Part shown: piece by piece, positions 7,748 to 17,212 of the stretch
Numbering within the stretch: the first letter of the stretch is position 1
Layout of the letters: each line of letters begins with the position of its first letter
Origin: Minisyncoccota bacterium
Lineage (GTDB): Bacteria > Patescibacteriota > Minisyncoccia > UBA6257 > 2-01-FULL-56-20
Length of the DNA: 64,000 nucleotides
Assembly (NCBI GenBank): GCA_035509435.1
Contig: DATJLR010000002.1
Location: 5,774-69,773, forward strand
Reading direction: 5' to 3'
Made by a program: the position numbers and the translations under genes
The notes under the pieces: generated by a model
Database searches by the model: none
What the model was told of the DNA's origin: nothing
Seen by the model: only the letters and a program-made list of their open reading frames with translations

Positions 7748-9919
7748 GTGGCCCAAAAAACGATGAAGCAGGAAGAGAAAAAAGAGGCAAAAAAAGCGTC
7801 AAAAGCCGAGGTTAAGGGCGTCAACGCCAACAACAAAGGCAGCGCCACGTATGGCGCGAAGGACATTACCGTCCTTGAGGGGCTGGAGCCGGTCCGCAAG
7901 CGCCCCGGCATGTACATCGGTTCCACCGGAACCACGGGTCTGCATCACCTGATCTGGGAGATCGTGGACAATTCCATCGACGAAGTGATGGCGGGATTCG
8001 CCACGACCGTCACCGTGGAACTTTTGCCGGATGGCAAAGTGAGCGTCCATGACGACGGACGCGGCGTTCCCGTCGATATCCATCCGCAGACAAAGAAGTC
8101 CACGCTCGAGACGATCATGACCGTGCTCCACGCGGGAGGAAAATTCGGCGGCGAAGGATATAAAGTTTCCGGAGGATTGCACGGCGTCGGCGCGTCCGTG
8201 GTGAACGCGCTGTCTTCGTGGGTCAAGGTAGAGGTTGAACGCGACGGCGGCATGTACGTGCAGGAGTACAAGCGCGGCAAGCCGGAATACAAAGTGAAGA
8301 AGATTGGCGTGTCCAAGCGGCACGGCACGAAGACCACGTTCTCGCCGGACCCCGAGATATTCTCCGAAATGGAGTTCAGCGACAAACTGATCCTGGAGCG
8401 TTTGCGCCAGCAGGCATATTTGACGAAGGGCGTCCGCATCAATTTTTATGACCGCCGCAAGCCGGTGCCGTATTTCTACGGCTTCTATTTTGAAGGCGGC
8501 GTGCTTTCCTACGTAAAATATCTTTCGCAGAAAAAAAATCGCCTCAACGAAGATATTTTTTATGTGGAGAAGGAGGCCGAGAAGCTGGATATCGAGGTCG
8601 GATTTTTGTACGTGGACGATACGCGCGTGGTAGAGATGAGCTTTGCGAACAACATCAACACGCCGGAGGGCGGCATGCACCTGACCGGATTCCGCTCCGC
8701 GCTCACGCGCACGCTCAACAACTACGCGCGCGCGGAAGGGTGGCTCAAGGAAAAAGAGGAGAACCTGACGGCGGACGATGTTCGTGAAGGGCTCGTCGCC
8801 GTCATCTCCGTAAAACTGCGCGATCCGCAGTTCGAGGGCCAGACAAAAGCCAAGCTCGGCAATCCGGAAGCGCGCACCTCCACGGAAGCGGTCGTGAACG
8901 AAGCACTGAAAGAATTTTTGGAAAAGCATCCGCAAGAGGCAAAGGCGATCATCCAGAAAGTCATTCTGACGGCAAAGGCGCGGCTTGCGGCAAAGGCGGC
9001 GCGCGAAACGGTTTTGCGCAAGGGCGCGTTCGAAGGACTTACATTGCCCGGTAAACTGGCAGATTGTACCTCGAAAATCGCGGCAGAATCAGAATTGTTC
9101 ATTGTGGAGGGCGATTCTGCAGGTGGCACGGCCAAGCAGGGCCGCAACCGGCACACGCAGGCCATTTTGCCGTTGCGCGGCAAGCCGCTCAACGTGGAGC
9201 GCGCGCGCTTGGACAAGATGCTCGCGAACGCCGAAGTGCGCTCGCTCGTGATCGCGATCGGCACCGCGATCGGCGAGGAGTTCAATATGGAGAAGCTTCG
9301 CTATCACAAGATCATCATCATGACGGATGCCGACGTTGACGGTGCGCACATCCGCACATTGCTCCTTACGCTTTTCTACCGCTATTTCCGCGAGGTGGTG
9401 GACGGCGGCTACGTGTACATCGCCCAGCCGCCGCTCTATCGCATCCAGCTCGGCAAGACGGTCAAATATGCGTTCTCGGACGACGAGAAGGAAAAAGTGA
9501 TCGCCGAACTGCAGAAGAACGCGCCGGCGGTGCCGGGGAAGGGCGCAAAAGGCGCGAAGGGTGTCACAGCGGGAAAAAAGAAAGTTGCCACCGCTGCGGA
9601 ACTCGCGGAGCTTGCCGCCGCCCAAGAAACTGGCGACGAGGTTTCCGAGGATGACCAGGTTCCCGAGGGCGTGAACGAAGGCCAGGGCGACGGCAAGCGC
9701 CAGCCGAACATCCAGCGCTACAAGGGTCTTGGCGAAATGAACGCGGAGCAGCTGTGGGAGACCACGATGAATCCGGAAGTGCGCTTGATGAAGCAGGTCA
9801 AGGTGGAAGACGCGGAGAAGGCGGACAAGCTTTTTGACACGCTGATGGGCGATGCGGTGGAACCGCGCAAGAACTTCATCCAGGCCCACGCCGCGACGGT
9901 GCAAAATCTGGACGTGTAA
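7748..9919 (+). CDS. gyrB: DNA gyrase subunit B
   Basis: GHKL ATPase, transducer and TOPRIM motifs are present (GLHHLIWEIVDNSIDE, EGDSAGG, DADVDGAHI). A K/G-rich insertion precedes the C-terminal tail. Confidence 0.95.
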   Translation: MAQKTMKQEEKKEAKKASKAEVKGVNANNKGSATYGAKDITVLEGLEPVRKRPGMYIGSTGTTGLHHLIWEIVDNSIDEVMAGFATTVTVELLPDGKVSVHDDGRGVPVDIHPQTKKSTLETIMTVLHAGGKFGGEGYKVSGGLHGVGASVVNALSSWVKVEVERDGGMYVQEYKRGKPEYKVKKIGVSKRHGTKTTFSPDPEIFSEMEFSDKLILERLRQQAYLTKGVRINFYDRRKPVPYFYGFYFEGGVLSYVKYLSQKKNRLNEDIFYVEKEAEKLDIEVGFLYVDDTRVVEMSFANNINTPEGGMHLTGFRSALTRTLNNYARAEGWLKEKEENLTADDVREGLVAVISVKLRDPQFEGQTKAKLGNPEARTSTEAVVNEALKEFLEKHPQEAKAIIQKVILTAKARLAAKAARETVLRKGAFEGLTLPGKLADCTSKIAAESELFIVEGDSAGGTAKQGRNRHTQAILPLRGKPLNVERARLDKMLANAEVRSLVIAIGTAIGEEFNMEKLRYHKIIIMTDADVDGAHIRTLLLTLFYRYFREVVDGGYVYIAQPPLYRIQLGKTVKYAFSDDEKEKVIAELQKNAPAVPGKGAKGAKGVTAGKKKVATAAELAELAAAQETGDEVSEDDQVPEGVNEGQGDGKRQPNIQRYKGLGEMNAEQLWETTMNPEVRLMKQVKVEDAEKADKLFDTLMGDAVEPRKNFIQAHAATVQNLDV

Positions 9920-9924
9920 TCACA

Positions 9925-10251
9925 ATGGAAAGCGCCCTCGTCCTTAAAGAAGATCCCACGCTGCGCGACCTCCAGCGCTATGTGGCGGAGATGATCAAAG
10001 AGCGCGGATTCGAAAGGGAGGCGATCCCCGAGATATTCATGCTTCTTCTCGAGGAATGCGGCGAGATGGCAAAGGCGGCGCGGAAAAGCCAGAACATCCA
10101 CACGGATAAAAATTCCGAGAAGTTCCGCATTGACCACGAGGCGGTGGACGTCCTGGTATACCTTTTGGATATCTGCAACCATTTCGACATCGATCTCGAA
10201 AAGGCGTTCAGGGAGAAAGAGGAGATCAACAAGAAAAGAACCTGGGAATAG
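9925..10251 (+). CDS. MazG-like nucleotide pyrophosphohydrolase (small all-alpha NTP-PPase)
   Basis: 108 aa. The EExGEmaeA-like segment LLLEECGEMAKAARK and the acidic helix VDVLVYLLDICNHFDIDLE are typical of the MazG/HisE-like family. Confidence 0.75.
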   Translation: MESALVLKEDPTLRDLQRYVAEMIKERGFEREAIPEIFMLLLEECGEMAKAARKSQNIHTDKNSEKFRIDHEAVDVLVYLLDICNHFDIDLEKAFREKEEINKKRTWE

Positions 10252-10267
10252 CATTCGCGTTTGTCGC

Positions 10268-10305
10268 AAGGATAGCTCCCTTAGTGGGGCTGTTTTTGTT
10301 TTAGA
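10268..10305 (+). terminator. Weak intrinsic terminator after the mazG-like gene
   Basis: agctccc-ttagt-ggggct hairpin followed by gtttttgtttt. Confidence 0.35.
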
Positions 10306-10414
10306 TAGTTTTAATCGCCCTTTTGTTAGCCTGCTCTTGCCGGTGGGCATGGGCCTGAATGGGCCGCATTCTCGCAATTGGCGCAAATCCCATTTAACAT
10401 AGCTGGATTCGGCA

Positions 10415-10443
10415 TTCTGAAATCACAAATTGTGATTTCAGAA
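10415..10443. promoter_or_regulatory. Perfect 29-bp palindrome TTCTGAAATCACAA-A-TTGTGATTTCAGAA (candidate operator)
   Basis: 14/14 matching arms around a central A. It is not followed by a T-run. It lies ~100 nt upstream of the lamin-tail-domain gene. Confidence 0.45.
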
Positions 10444-10541
10444 TACAGCAAAACTCGACGTCCTTTATGACGCACCCCTAATGGTCAGCGCTTAAGGTTG
10501 TTCTGGCCGGAGTTATTCTTAACAATAAAATTCGAATATGC

Positions 10542-11117
10542 ATGATCTATATCAACGAATGGTTCCCCAATCCGGTCGGCAATGACGCGGCGGGGGAGTT
10601 TGTGGAACTCTATAACAGCGGCACCGTCAGCGTGCCGCTTGCCGGCTATACATTGGGCGATGGCGCCAAGAAAAGATTCTCGCTTGACGGATACAGTATT
10701 CCGCCCGGCGGTTATCTATCGCTCACGCACGCCGAGGACAAGCTTACTTTGAAAAACACCGACGGGGCATTATTCTTATATGGACCTGACGGGCGGCTGG
10801 TGGATAATGCGGCCTTTGCGGGCGCCGCACCGGAGGGCAAGAGCTATTCGCGCGTGGATTACAGCGCGGCGGACATCGGGCACTTTGCGTTCACCTATCC
10901 CACGCCCGGCACAGCGAACCGTACGATCGATATGTCGGTCGCCACGCAAAGCTATCCGTTCGGCGTTCCGCTCACGCGGCCGGCCGGGATCGGGACGTTC
11001 GTGTTGCTCATGCTCGGCGTTGCGTCGTTCTTCCTCCTATTCTTCATCTATGTCGCATACCATAACCGAAACATATCGCACTTCCTCTTCGGCGGAGACG
11101 AAAAAATTGGGCCATGA
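10542..11117 (+). CDS. Lamin-tail-domain (LTD) protein with a C-terminal transmembrane anchor
   Basis: N-terminus INEWFPNPVGNDAAGEFVELYN is the LTD signature. C-terminal hydrophobic helix IGTFVLLMLGVASFFLLFFIYVAY. No N-terminal signal peptide. Confidence 0.7.
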   Translation: MIYINEWFPNPVGNDAAGEFVELYNSGTVSVPLAGYTLGDGAKKRFSLDGYSIPPGGYLSLTHAEDKLTLKNTDGALFLYGPDGRLVDNAAFAGAAPEGKSYSRVDYSAADIGHFAFTYPTPGTANRTIDMSVATQSYPFGVPLTRPAGIGTFVLLMLGVASFFLLFFIYVAYHNRNISHFLFGGDEKIGP

Positions 11118-11535
11118 CATCGGCCGGTCGCTCGCGCGTGGCACCGCGGCGAAGATCCGCGAGAACGGGCCGTTCGTGATCGCGCTCCAGGGAGATCTCG
11201 GCGCGGGGAAAACGACCTTCGTACAGGGATTTTTGAAAGGGCTTGGCTCGAAGCGGCGCGCGGCGAGTCCGACGTTCGTTCTGATGCGGCGGCACAAGCT
11301 TGGCACCGGTCCTCGCGCAAAATTATTGGACGCGTATCACGTCGACGCATATCGTCTGAAGAAGCCGCGACACCTTTCCGTCCTTGGCTTCGAAAAGATA
11401 TTGAGCGAGCCGCGCAACGTGGTGCTCATCGAATGGCCTGAACAGGCAAAGAAATTATTGCCGAAGAGAACGATGTGGATCAGGTTCAAATATGGAAAAA
11501 CGGAGAATGAGCGTACAATTATCATTACGCGATGA
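11050..11535 (+). CDS. tsaE: tRNA threonylcarbamoyladenosine biosynthesis protein TsaE (P-loop ATPase YjeE)
   Basis: P-loop ALQGDLGAGKTTFVQGFLKGLG, followed by SPTFVLMRRH and DAYRL motifs. The ORF opens at 10780 and the first Met in frame, at 11050, was chosen. It overlaps the LTD gene by 68 nt, so the start is uncertain. Confidence 0.75.
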   Translation: MSHTITETYRTSSSAETKKLGHDIGRSLARGTAAKIRENGPFVIALQGDLGAGKTTFVQGFLKGLGSKRRAASPTFVLMRRHKLGTGPRAKLLDAYHVDAYRLKKPRHLSVLGFEKILSEPRNVVLIEWPEQAKKLLPKRTMWIRFKYGKTENERTIIITR

Positions 11536-12473
11536 AAAAACTTTTATTAATCGACGCGAATTCCATCATTCACCGGTCGTTCCACGCCCTGCCGCCGTTC
11601 ACGACGCCGAGCGGTATGCCGTCGGGCGCGATCTACGGCATCGCAAGTATCCTGCTCAAGCTGTGGCGCGACGAGCGGCCGGATTACGCCGCCGCGCTCT
11701 TTGACCGGCCGGAGCCGACGTTCCGCGACGAGAAATATGCCGAGTACAAAGCCCAGCGGCCGCCCGCGGCGGACGAGCTTATCGCACAGATAATTGAGGC
11801 GCACAAGTTGTTCGACGCGTTCGGGATCCGCACGTTCGAAAAGCCCGGATATGAAGCCGATGACCTGATCGCCACGCTCGCGGAGAAGTTCAAGGCGACG
11901 CCCGATCTGCAGGTGGTGATTTTGACCGGCGACCGCGACACGCTCCAGCTCGTCACGGGAGACACGCTCGTCGTGCAGACATTCAACAAAGGCGTGAGCG
12001 ACACGACGATCTACAACGAGGCGGCGGTAAAGGAGAAGTACGGCCTCGCGCCGGACCAGCTGATCGATTACAAAGCACTCGTGGGCGACACGTCGGACAA
12101 CATCAAGGGTGTGCCGGGCGTAGGGCCGAAGACCGCGCTTGAGCTCATCAAAAAATATGGCACGGTAAAGAAGATGTACGAGCGGATCGGCGAAGATCCC
12201 AAACTCGAGGCAAAGTTCGGCGCGTTCAAGAAGGAAGCCGAGCTTTCGGAGATGCTCGTGACGCTCGAACGCCATGCGCCTATCGACATCCCGCCGCTTG
12301 CGGAGCTTGCGCCCGCAAGCGATACGGCGGGGGCCGCGGCATACTTTGAAAAGATGGGCTTTGCGACCCTCCTTAAGCGGCTCATCATGCCCGGCGCTGA
12401 CGAGAAGCGGGAGCCGCGGGCGAAGCCCAAGCCAAAAAATGCGCCGGCCGACAATCAGGCGTCGCTCTTTTAG
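11532..12473 (+). CDS. Stand-alone 5'-3' exonuclease / FEN (PolI N-terminal domain homolog)
   Basis: MKKLLLIDANSIIHRSFHALP..., acidic metal-binding clusters (EADDLIATL, GDRDTLQL) and an H3TH motif GVPGVGPKTALELIKKYG. ATGA overlap with the tsaE stop. Confidence 0.9.
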   Translation: MKKLLLIDANSIIHRSFHALPPFTTPSGMPSGAIYGIASILLKLWRDERPDYAAALFDRPEPTFRDEKYAEYKAQRPPAADELIAQIIEAHKLFDAFGIRTFEKPGYEADDLIATLAEKFKATPDLQVVILTGDRDTLQLVTGDTLVVQTFNKGVSDTTIYNEAAVKEKYGLAPDQLIDYKALVGDTSDNIKGVPGVGPKTALELIKKYGTVKKMYERIGEDPKLEAKFGAFKKEAELSEMLVTLERHAPIDIPPLAELAPASDTAGAAAYFEKMGFATLLKRLIMPGADEKREPRAKPKPKNAPADNQASLF

Positions 12474-12510
12474 AGCCGTTATCGCGCCCAAGATGCTATA
12501 ATAGAGGATA

Positions 12511-13845
12511 TTGAAGAACCAAACCTCCAAAATCACGGACGTCATCAAATGGCCTGAGTTTCAGGCAGTTTGGGGTGTGCTCGCGATCGTCATCGTTCTT
12601 ATCCTCGTCGGTGCTTTTGGCCATGGTGCGTGGGTATCGTACGCCGAAGCGGCACTTCTGTTCGGTGCGTTCGCGCTCTCCGCGGGCGCGATCTATATAG
12701 GCGCCAAGCTTGATCGCGACACCACGATCGAGCGCAGCGAGCTCAAAAGCATCCTTGCCAGCCTGAACGACGCGCTCATCGTATATGAGGCGGACTTTCG
12801 CGTGGTTTTCTTCAATCCCGCAGCCGAGCGCATCTTTAAGCTGGATGCGAAGGCGGTGCTGGGTCACGTGTTCTCTCCGCGCGACGTGGAGAGCGAAGGG
12901 TGGCGCACGCTCACGCAGATCGTGTTCCCTTCGCTCGCGCCGCGCGTTGTCGCGCACAGCAAGCAGGGCGAATATCCGCAGGTGGTGGACATCTCGTTCA
13001 CCGATCCGCCGCAGGAATTCCGCGTGACGACCGCGCCGGTGGGCGACGATCCCGCGCGGCCGCTCGCGTTCATGAAGATCGTGCGCGACCGGACGTCGCA
13101 GGTGCTCGCGCTCCGCTCCAAGAGCGAGTTCGTGACCGTCGCGTCGCACCAGCTGCGCGGGCCGGTGACGGACATCAACTGGGCGCTCCAGTCGCTGAAC
13201 AGCGCCGAAGGGTTGGACGAGACGAACAAAGCGATCGTCACGAACGCGCTCGCGGCAAGCCAGAGCCTGTTGCAGCGCATCGAGGACCTTCTGAACATCG
13301 CCAAGATGGAAGACGGCCAGTTCGGCTACAAGTTCGAGGATTCCGACGTCACAGAATTTGTCGCGAAGGTTTTGGCGGACGTTTTGCCCGCCGCGCAGAA
13401 GGCCGGGATCAAGCTCTATTTCGACCGCCCCGCGGATGTGCTGCCTCATGTGATCATAGACGCCGCGCGTCTTTCCCTTGCGCTCACCAACCTTCTTGAG
13501 AACGCCATCCGCTACAACGTGGAGAACGGCGAAGTGACGGTCAAGGTGGACAAGATGCAGGACAAGCCGTTCGTCGTCGTGAGCGTGAAAGACACGGGCA
13601 TCGGCATCCCGGCGGAATCCATCGAAAAGCTGTTCAACAAGTTCTATCGCGCCGACAACGCGATCAAGCGCGAGACGGAGGGCTCCGGCCTCGGCCTCTA
13701 CATCGCAAAAGGCATCGTGAACGCGCATGGCGGCCAGATCTGGGCCGAGTCGGAGCTGAACCGCGGCACCACCATCTCCTTCGCGCTTCCCACCGACCCC
13801 AATCTCGTCCCCAAAATGGAGATCGGCGCGGAGGAGTTGGTGTAG
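12511..13845 (+). CDS. Sensor histidine kinase (2 TM, PAS, HisKA, HATPase_c)
   Basis: Two N-terminal hydrophobic helices. H-box ASHQLRGP. N/G boxes LENAIRYN, DTGIGIP, GSGLGLYIAK. No response regulator gene is adjacent. Confidence 0.85.
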   Translation: MKNQTSKITDVIKWPEFQAVWGVLAIVIVLILVGAFGHGAWVSYAEAALLFGAFALSAGAIYIGAKLDRDTTIERSELKSILASLNDALIVYEADFRVVFFNPAAERIFKLDAKAVLGHVFSPRDVESEGWRTLTQIVFPSLAPRVVAHSKQGEYPQVVDISFTDPPQEFRVTTAPVGDDPARPLAFMKIVRDRTSQVLALRSKSEFVTVASHQLRGPVTDINWALQSLNSAEGLDETNKAIVTNALAASQSLLQRIEDLLNIAKMEDGQFGYKFEDSDVTEFVAKVLADVLPAAQKAGIKLYFDRPADVLPHVIIDAARLSLALTNLLENAIRYNVENGEVTVKVDKMQDKPFVVVSVKDTGIGIPAESIEKLFNKFYRADNAIKRETEGSGLGLYIAKGIVNAHGGQIWAESELNRGTTISFALPTDPNLVPKMEIGAEELV

Positions 13846-13939
13846 AGACGGCGATTTTCCCAGAAATATACGCGCCTTTTTGGTTTTTATACACATGCCT
13901 TTGCCCCTGATTCTTTTTTCGTGTACACTTGTATACGAA

Positions 13940-15631
13940 ATGACGCCGTCGAAACCCAAGCCCCATCACAAATACGTTTTCATAGTCGGAGGAGTAATGT
14001 CGGGAGTCGGCAAGGGCGTCGCATCTTCATCGATCGGAAAAATTTTGCAGTCCCGCGGCCTGGAAGTGACGTCCATCAAGATCGATCCCTACGTGAACGT
14101 CGACGCGGGGACCATGAACCCCACCGAACACGGTGAGGTTTTTGTTTTGGACGACGGAACCGAGTGCGATCAGGACATGGGCAACTATGAGCGCTTCCTC
14201 GACCGCGACCTTTCCGGCGCGAACTACATGACGACGGGCAGCATCTATAAAACGGTCATCGAGCGCGAGCGGAGCATGGGCTACGGGGGCCGTTCGGTGA
14301 GCGTCGTGCCCCATATCCCGCTCGAAGTGATGGGGCGCATCGACCGCGCGGCGGAATTGGCGAAGGCGGACATCGTGATCACCGAGATCGGCGGCACTGC
14401 CGGCGAGTATGAGAACATTCTGTTCCTTGAAGCCATCCGCATGGCGAAGATCAAACATCCCAAGGACGTCATCCTGATCCTCGTCAGCCACTTGCCGATC
14501 ATGAGCGACGACAACGAGCTGAAGACGAAGCCGACCCAGCACGCGGTGCGCGCGCTGAACGCCACCGGCCTCCAGCCGGACATCATCCTCGCGCGCGCGA
14601 AGTACCCGCTCGACGAGAAGCGCAAGGAAAAGATCGCGTTCAACTGCAACGTGCGCGAGGAGGACGTGATCTCCGCGCCGGACGTGTCGAGCATCTATGA
14701 CATCCCGATCAATTTTGAGAAGGACGAGATCGGCAATCTGATATTGGAGAAGCTTTCCATGCGCCCGCGCGCGAAGGACATGAAAGAGTGGCGCGCGTTC
14801 GCCGCGAAGATACACAACGCGAAGGATGTGGTGCGCATCGGCATCGTCGGGAAATATTTTTCGAGCGGAAAATTCATTTTGGCGGATTCGTACCTTTCCG
14901 TCATTGAATCTATCAAGCACAGCGCCGCGTTCTGGGGCGTGAGGCCGGAGATCAAGTGGCTCGACTCGGGCCAGTTCGAGCCGGTAAAGGACGGCGGCCG
15001 CGGGCCGGAAGGATTGAAGGAGCTGGATAGCTTTGACGGCATCATCGTGCCCGGCGGCTTCGGCTCGCGCGGCGTGGAGGGCAAGCTGGCGGCCATCCGG
15101 TACTGCCGGGAGCAAAAGATCCCGTATTTTGGGCTTTGCTACGGCATGCAGCTGGCCACGGTGGAATTCGCTCGTGACGTGCTCAAGATGAAGGGCGCCA
15201 ATACCACCGAAGTGGATCCCAAAACGAAATACCCGGTCATCGACATTTTGCCGGAGCAGAAGAAGCTGATGGCGGAGAAGAAGTATGGTGCGACGATGCG
15301 GCTCGGCGCGTATCCGGCCGTGCTCAAAAAGGGGACGATCGCAGAGCGCGCGTACGGCAAGACGAACATCTCCGAGCGGCACAGGCATCGCTTCGAGGTG
15401 AACCCGGTGTACGTGAAGCGGCTTGAGCGCGGAGGCCTGATCTTTTCCGGCGTTTCGCCATCGCGCCGCTTGATGGAAGTCGCCGAACTCCCGCGCAGCG
15501 TCCATCCGTTCTTCCTCGGCACGCAGTTCCACCCGGAATTGAAGTCGCGCCCGCTGCGCCCGCATCCGCTGTTCAAGGAATTCATGAAGGCGGCGAAGGC
15601 GCGCCGCGAATCGGAGCATCTCGTTGCATGA
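13940..15631 (+). CDS. pyrG: CTP synthase
   Basis: KYVFIVGGVMSGVGKGVASSSIG, and a glutamine amidotransferase domain with GLCYGMQL catalytic Cys. The ORF opens at 13880 and the Met at 13940 gives the canonical N-terminus. Confidence 0.95.
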   Translation: MTPSKPKPHHKYVFIVGGVMSGVGKGVASSSIGKILQSRGLEVTSIKIDPYVNVDAGTMNPTEHGEVFVLDDGTECDQDMGNYERFLDRDLSGANYMTTGSIYKTVIERERSMGYGGRSVSVVPHIPLEVMGRIDRAAELAKADIVITEIGGTAGEYENILFLEAIRMAKIKHPKDVILILVSHLPIMSDDNELKTKPTQHAVRALNATGLQPDIILARAKYPLDEKRKEKIAFNCNVREEDVISAPDVSSIYDIPINFEKDEIGNLILEKLSMRPRAKDMKEWRAFAAKIHNAKDVVRIGIVGKYFSSGKFILADSYLSVIESIKHSAAFWGVRPEIKWLDSGQFEPVKDGGRGPEGLKELDSFDGIIVPGGFGSRGVEGKLAAIRYCREQKIPYFGLCYGMQLATVEFARDVLKMKGANTTEVDPKTKYPVIDILPEQKKLMAEKKYGATMRLGAYPAVLKKGTIAERAYGKTNISERHRHRFEVNPVYVKRLERGGLIFSGVSPSRRLMEVAELPRSVHPFFLGTQFHPELKSRPLRPHPLFKEFMKAAKARRESEHLVA

Positions 15632-16416
15632 TCGTCTTTCTCTACGGGCCGGATGATTATCGCCGCTCCGAAAAGAAGCGGTCCATCATTGCGGAATTTT
15701 CAAAGAAGCGATCGGAAATCGGGCTCGGCGTTTTTGATCTTGAAGACAAGACCGCGCTCGAGAACCTCACACAGTTCTTGCGCACCCAATCGATTTTTGA
15801 GACCGCGAAACTTGCGGTTCTCGAGAACGCGTTCGAACTCGAAGCGCCGAAGCTCGCAAAGTTGCTGAAACCGTTCGTTGAAGAGAAAAATATCACGATC
15901 CTTATCGCCGGGAAGGACAAGCCGGTGAAGGCGCTCGCGTTCCTTCTCGAAAAGCCGACGATCTCGCAGAAGTTCGAGACGCTTGCCGGCGCGGAGCTCG
16001 CGGCGTGGATCGCGGGCGAGGCAAAGAAGAACGATGTGAAGCTGACGGCCGCCGCGGCTCAGTTCCTTGCGTCGGTGTATGGAGGCGACACGTGGGGAAT
16101 TGTGACGGAGCTGCAGAAGCTTGGCGGCTTCGGCGACGCTGGAAAGACGATCGACAGGAAAGACCTCAACGTGTTCGACCTCGAGGTCGCGCCGAACTAT
16201 TGGGGGCTGATGAACGGCCTTAAGAGCTTTGACATGCGGAACCGGCTGTATGCGTTCGAGACGATGCTCGCAGGCAACGATCCTCCGGCAAAGATATTCA
16301 ACATCCTGGCATCGCAGTGGCAAGAAAAAACCCCGCACATGGCGGAGTATGATCTGGCCGTAAAATCCGGGAAGGTGGACTACGAAGAGGCCTTGGTGGA
16401 CCTATTGATAAGCTGA
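15628..16416 (+). CDS. holA: DNA polymerase III delta subunit-like protein
   Basis: MIVFLYGPDDYRRSEKK... is a typical HolA N-terminus, with ~260 aa of AAA-lid-like helical content. ATGA overlap with the pyrG stop. Confidence 0.7.
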   Translation: MIVFLYGPDDYRRSEKKRSIIAEFSKKRSEIGLGVFDLEDKTALENLTQFLRTQSIFETAKLAVLENAFELEAPKLAKLLKPFVEEKNITILIAGKDKPVKALAFLLEKPTISQKFETLAGAELAAWIAGEAKKNDVKLTAAAAQFLASVYGGDTWGIVTELQKLGGFGDAGKTIDRKDLNVFDLEVAPNYWGLMNGLKSFDMRNRLYAFETMLAGNDPPAKIFNILASQWQEKTPHMAEYDLAVKSGKVDYEEALVDLLIS

Positions 16417-16655
16417 GACAGGCGGGATTTGAGGCGGCTGGCCTTATTCTTTTCGATGACCTTGGTCTTGGCTGCCTTGTCGAGCGCCTTGAAGACCGCG
16501 GGGAGCGCCTTTGCGGCGTCCTCGAACTTCTTTGCCACGACGAGTTTGCGGAAGCCCGTGACCTGCGCCTTATAAGCGTCCTTCCGGACGACATTGCGTG
16601 CGCGCCGGGTCTTGTTCTGGCGGAGCGCCTTCTTGGCTGACTGTGTTATCGGCAT
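16380..16655 (-). CDS. rpsT: 30S ribosomal protein S20
   Basis: MPITQSAKKALRQNKTRRARN... is basic and helical, 92 aa. The Met at 16655 within ORF 16380..16694 was chosen as start. Its 3' end overlaps the holA 3' end (convergent). Confidence 0.85.
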   Translation of the reverse strand: MPITQSAKKALRQNKTRRARNVVRKDAYKAQVTGFRKLVVAKKFEDAAKALPAVFKALDKAAKTKVIEKNKASRLKSRLSQLINRSTKASS

Positions 16656-16728
16656 GGGGATTAGTATAGCGTAGGGCTGGATTTTTGCAAGCACGGCCTT
16701 TTTGCTTTTAATATCCTCTTAATCCCAA

Positions 16729-17145
16729 TTGCGTATTGTGGGATGGATGGAGGATTCTATAAAAAAGAAAATCGACGTTTGTATTGAAGAATTTTTTCTG
16801 ATGGAAAGGGGAGAAAAAATATGGAATGCTAAGGGTGAGATGTTATTGGCAAAATATGTATGCGTCAGAAGGATGGGACTGAAACATATTATAGAATCCC
16901 GCAAAGAAGATGGCTGTTCCGTGGAAGAAATAAAAGATATGGTAGAGCGTGCTGTGGAAACAATGCTCTACCCAGAGCTTGATATCGGCAACACCAATGG
17001 CAAATATCCGAATAGTCGAATTGTCGGAAGGGCATATCCGCACGAGCGCCGTGCCCTTTTGGTCGTCTATCAGCTCAACAATGAAATAAAAATCGTGTAT
17101 AACCTATTTTATCGTGAGTTAGGAAGATTCGAAAAAATGAAATGA
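16729..17145 (+). CDS. Hypothetical protein in an AT-rich insert; the C-terminus resembles RelE/ParE-superfamily toxins
   Basis: 138 aa. Local GC is far below its surroundings. The C-terminal segment RRALLVVYQLNNEIKIVYNLFYRE resembles the RelE/ParE R..vY..dde.i.Vl.igHR core. No partner ORF was found. Confidence 0.45.
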   Translation: MRIVGWMEDSIKKKIDVCIEEFFLMERGEKIWNAKGEMLLAKYVCVRRMGLKHIIESRKEDGCSVEEIKDMVERAVETMLYPELDIGNTNGKYPNSRIVGRAYPHERRALLVVYQLNNEIKIVYNLFYRELGRFEKMK

Positions 17146-17212
17146 ACTTGTCTTTGCGCTGGGAGGGCGGCAGTTCCTCCATCGATCATCCCTTACGGGA
17201 AGTCCGCAGCGA

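Noticed and set aside
7799-8935. 378-aa minus-strand ORF antisense to gyrB
   Set aside because: Antisense artefact. gyrB is unmistakable.
12496-13959. 487-aa minus-strand ORF antisense to the histidine kinase
   Set aside because: GC-frame artefact (Arg/Asp/Gly-rich, no domains). The HK frame has complete H, N and G boxes.
14027-15619. 530-aa minus-strand ORF antisense to pyrG
   Set aside because: Same artefact class. pyrG has unambiguous CTP synthase motifs.
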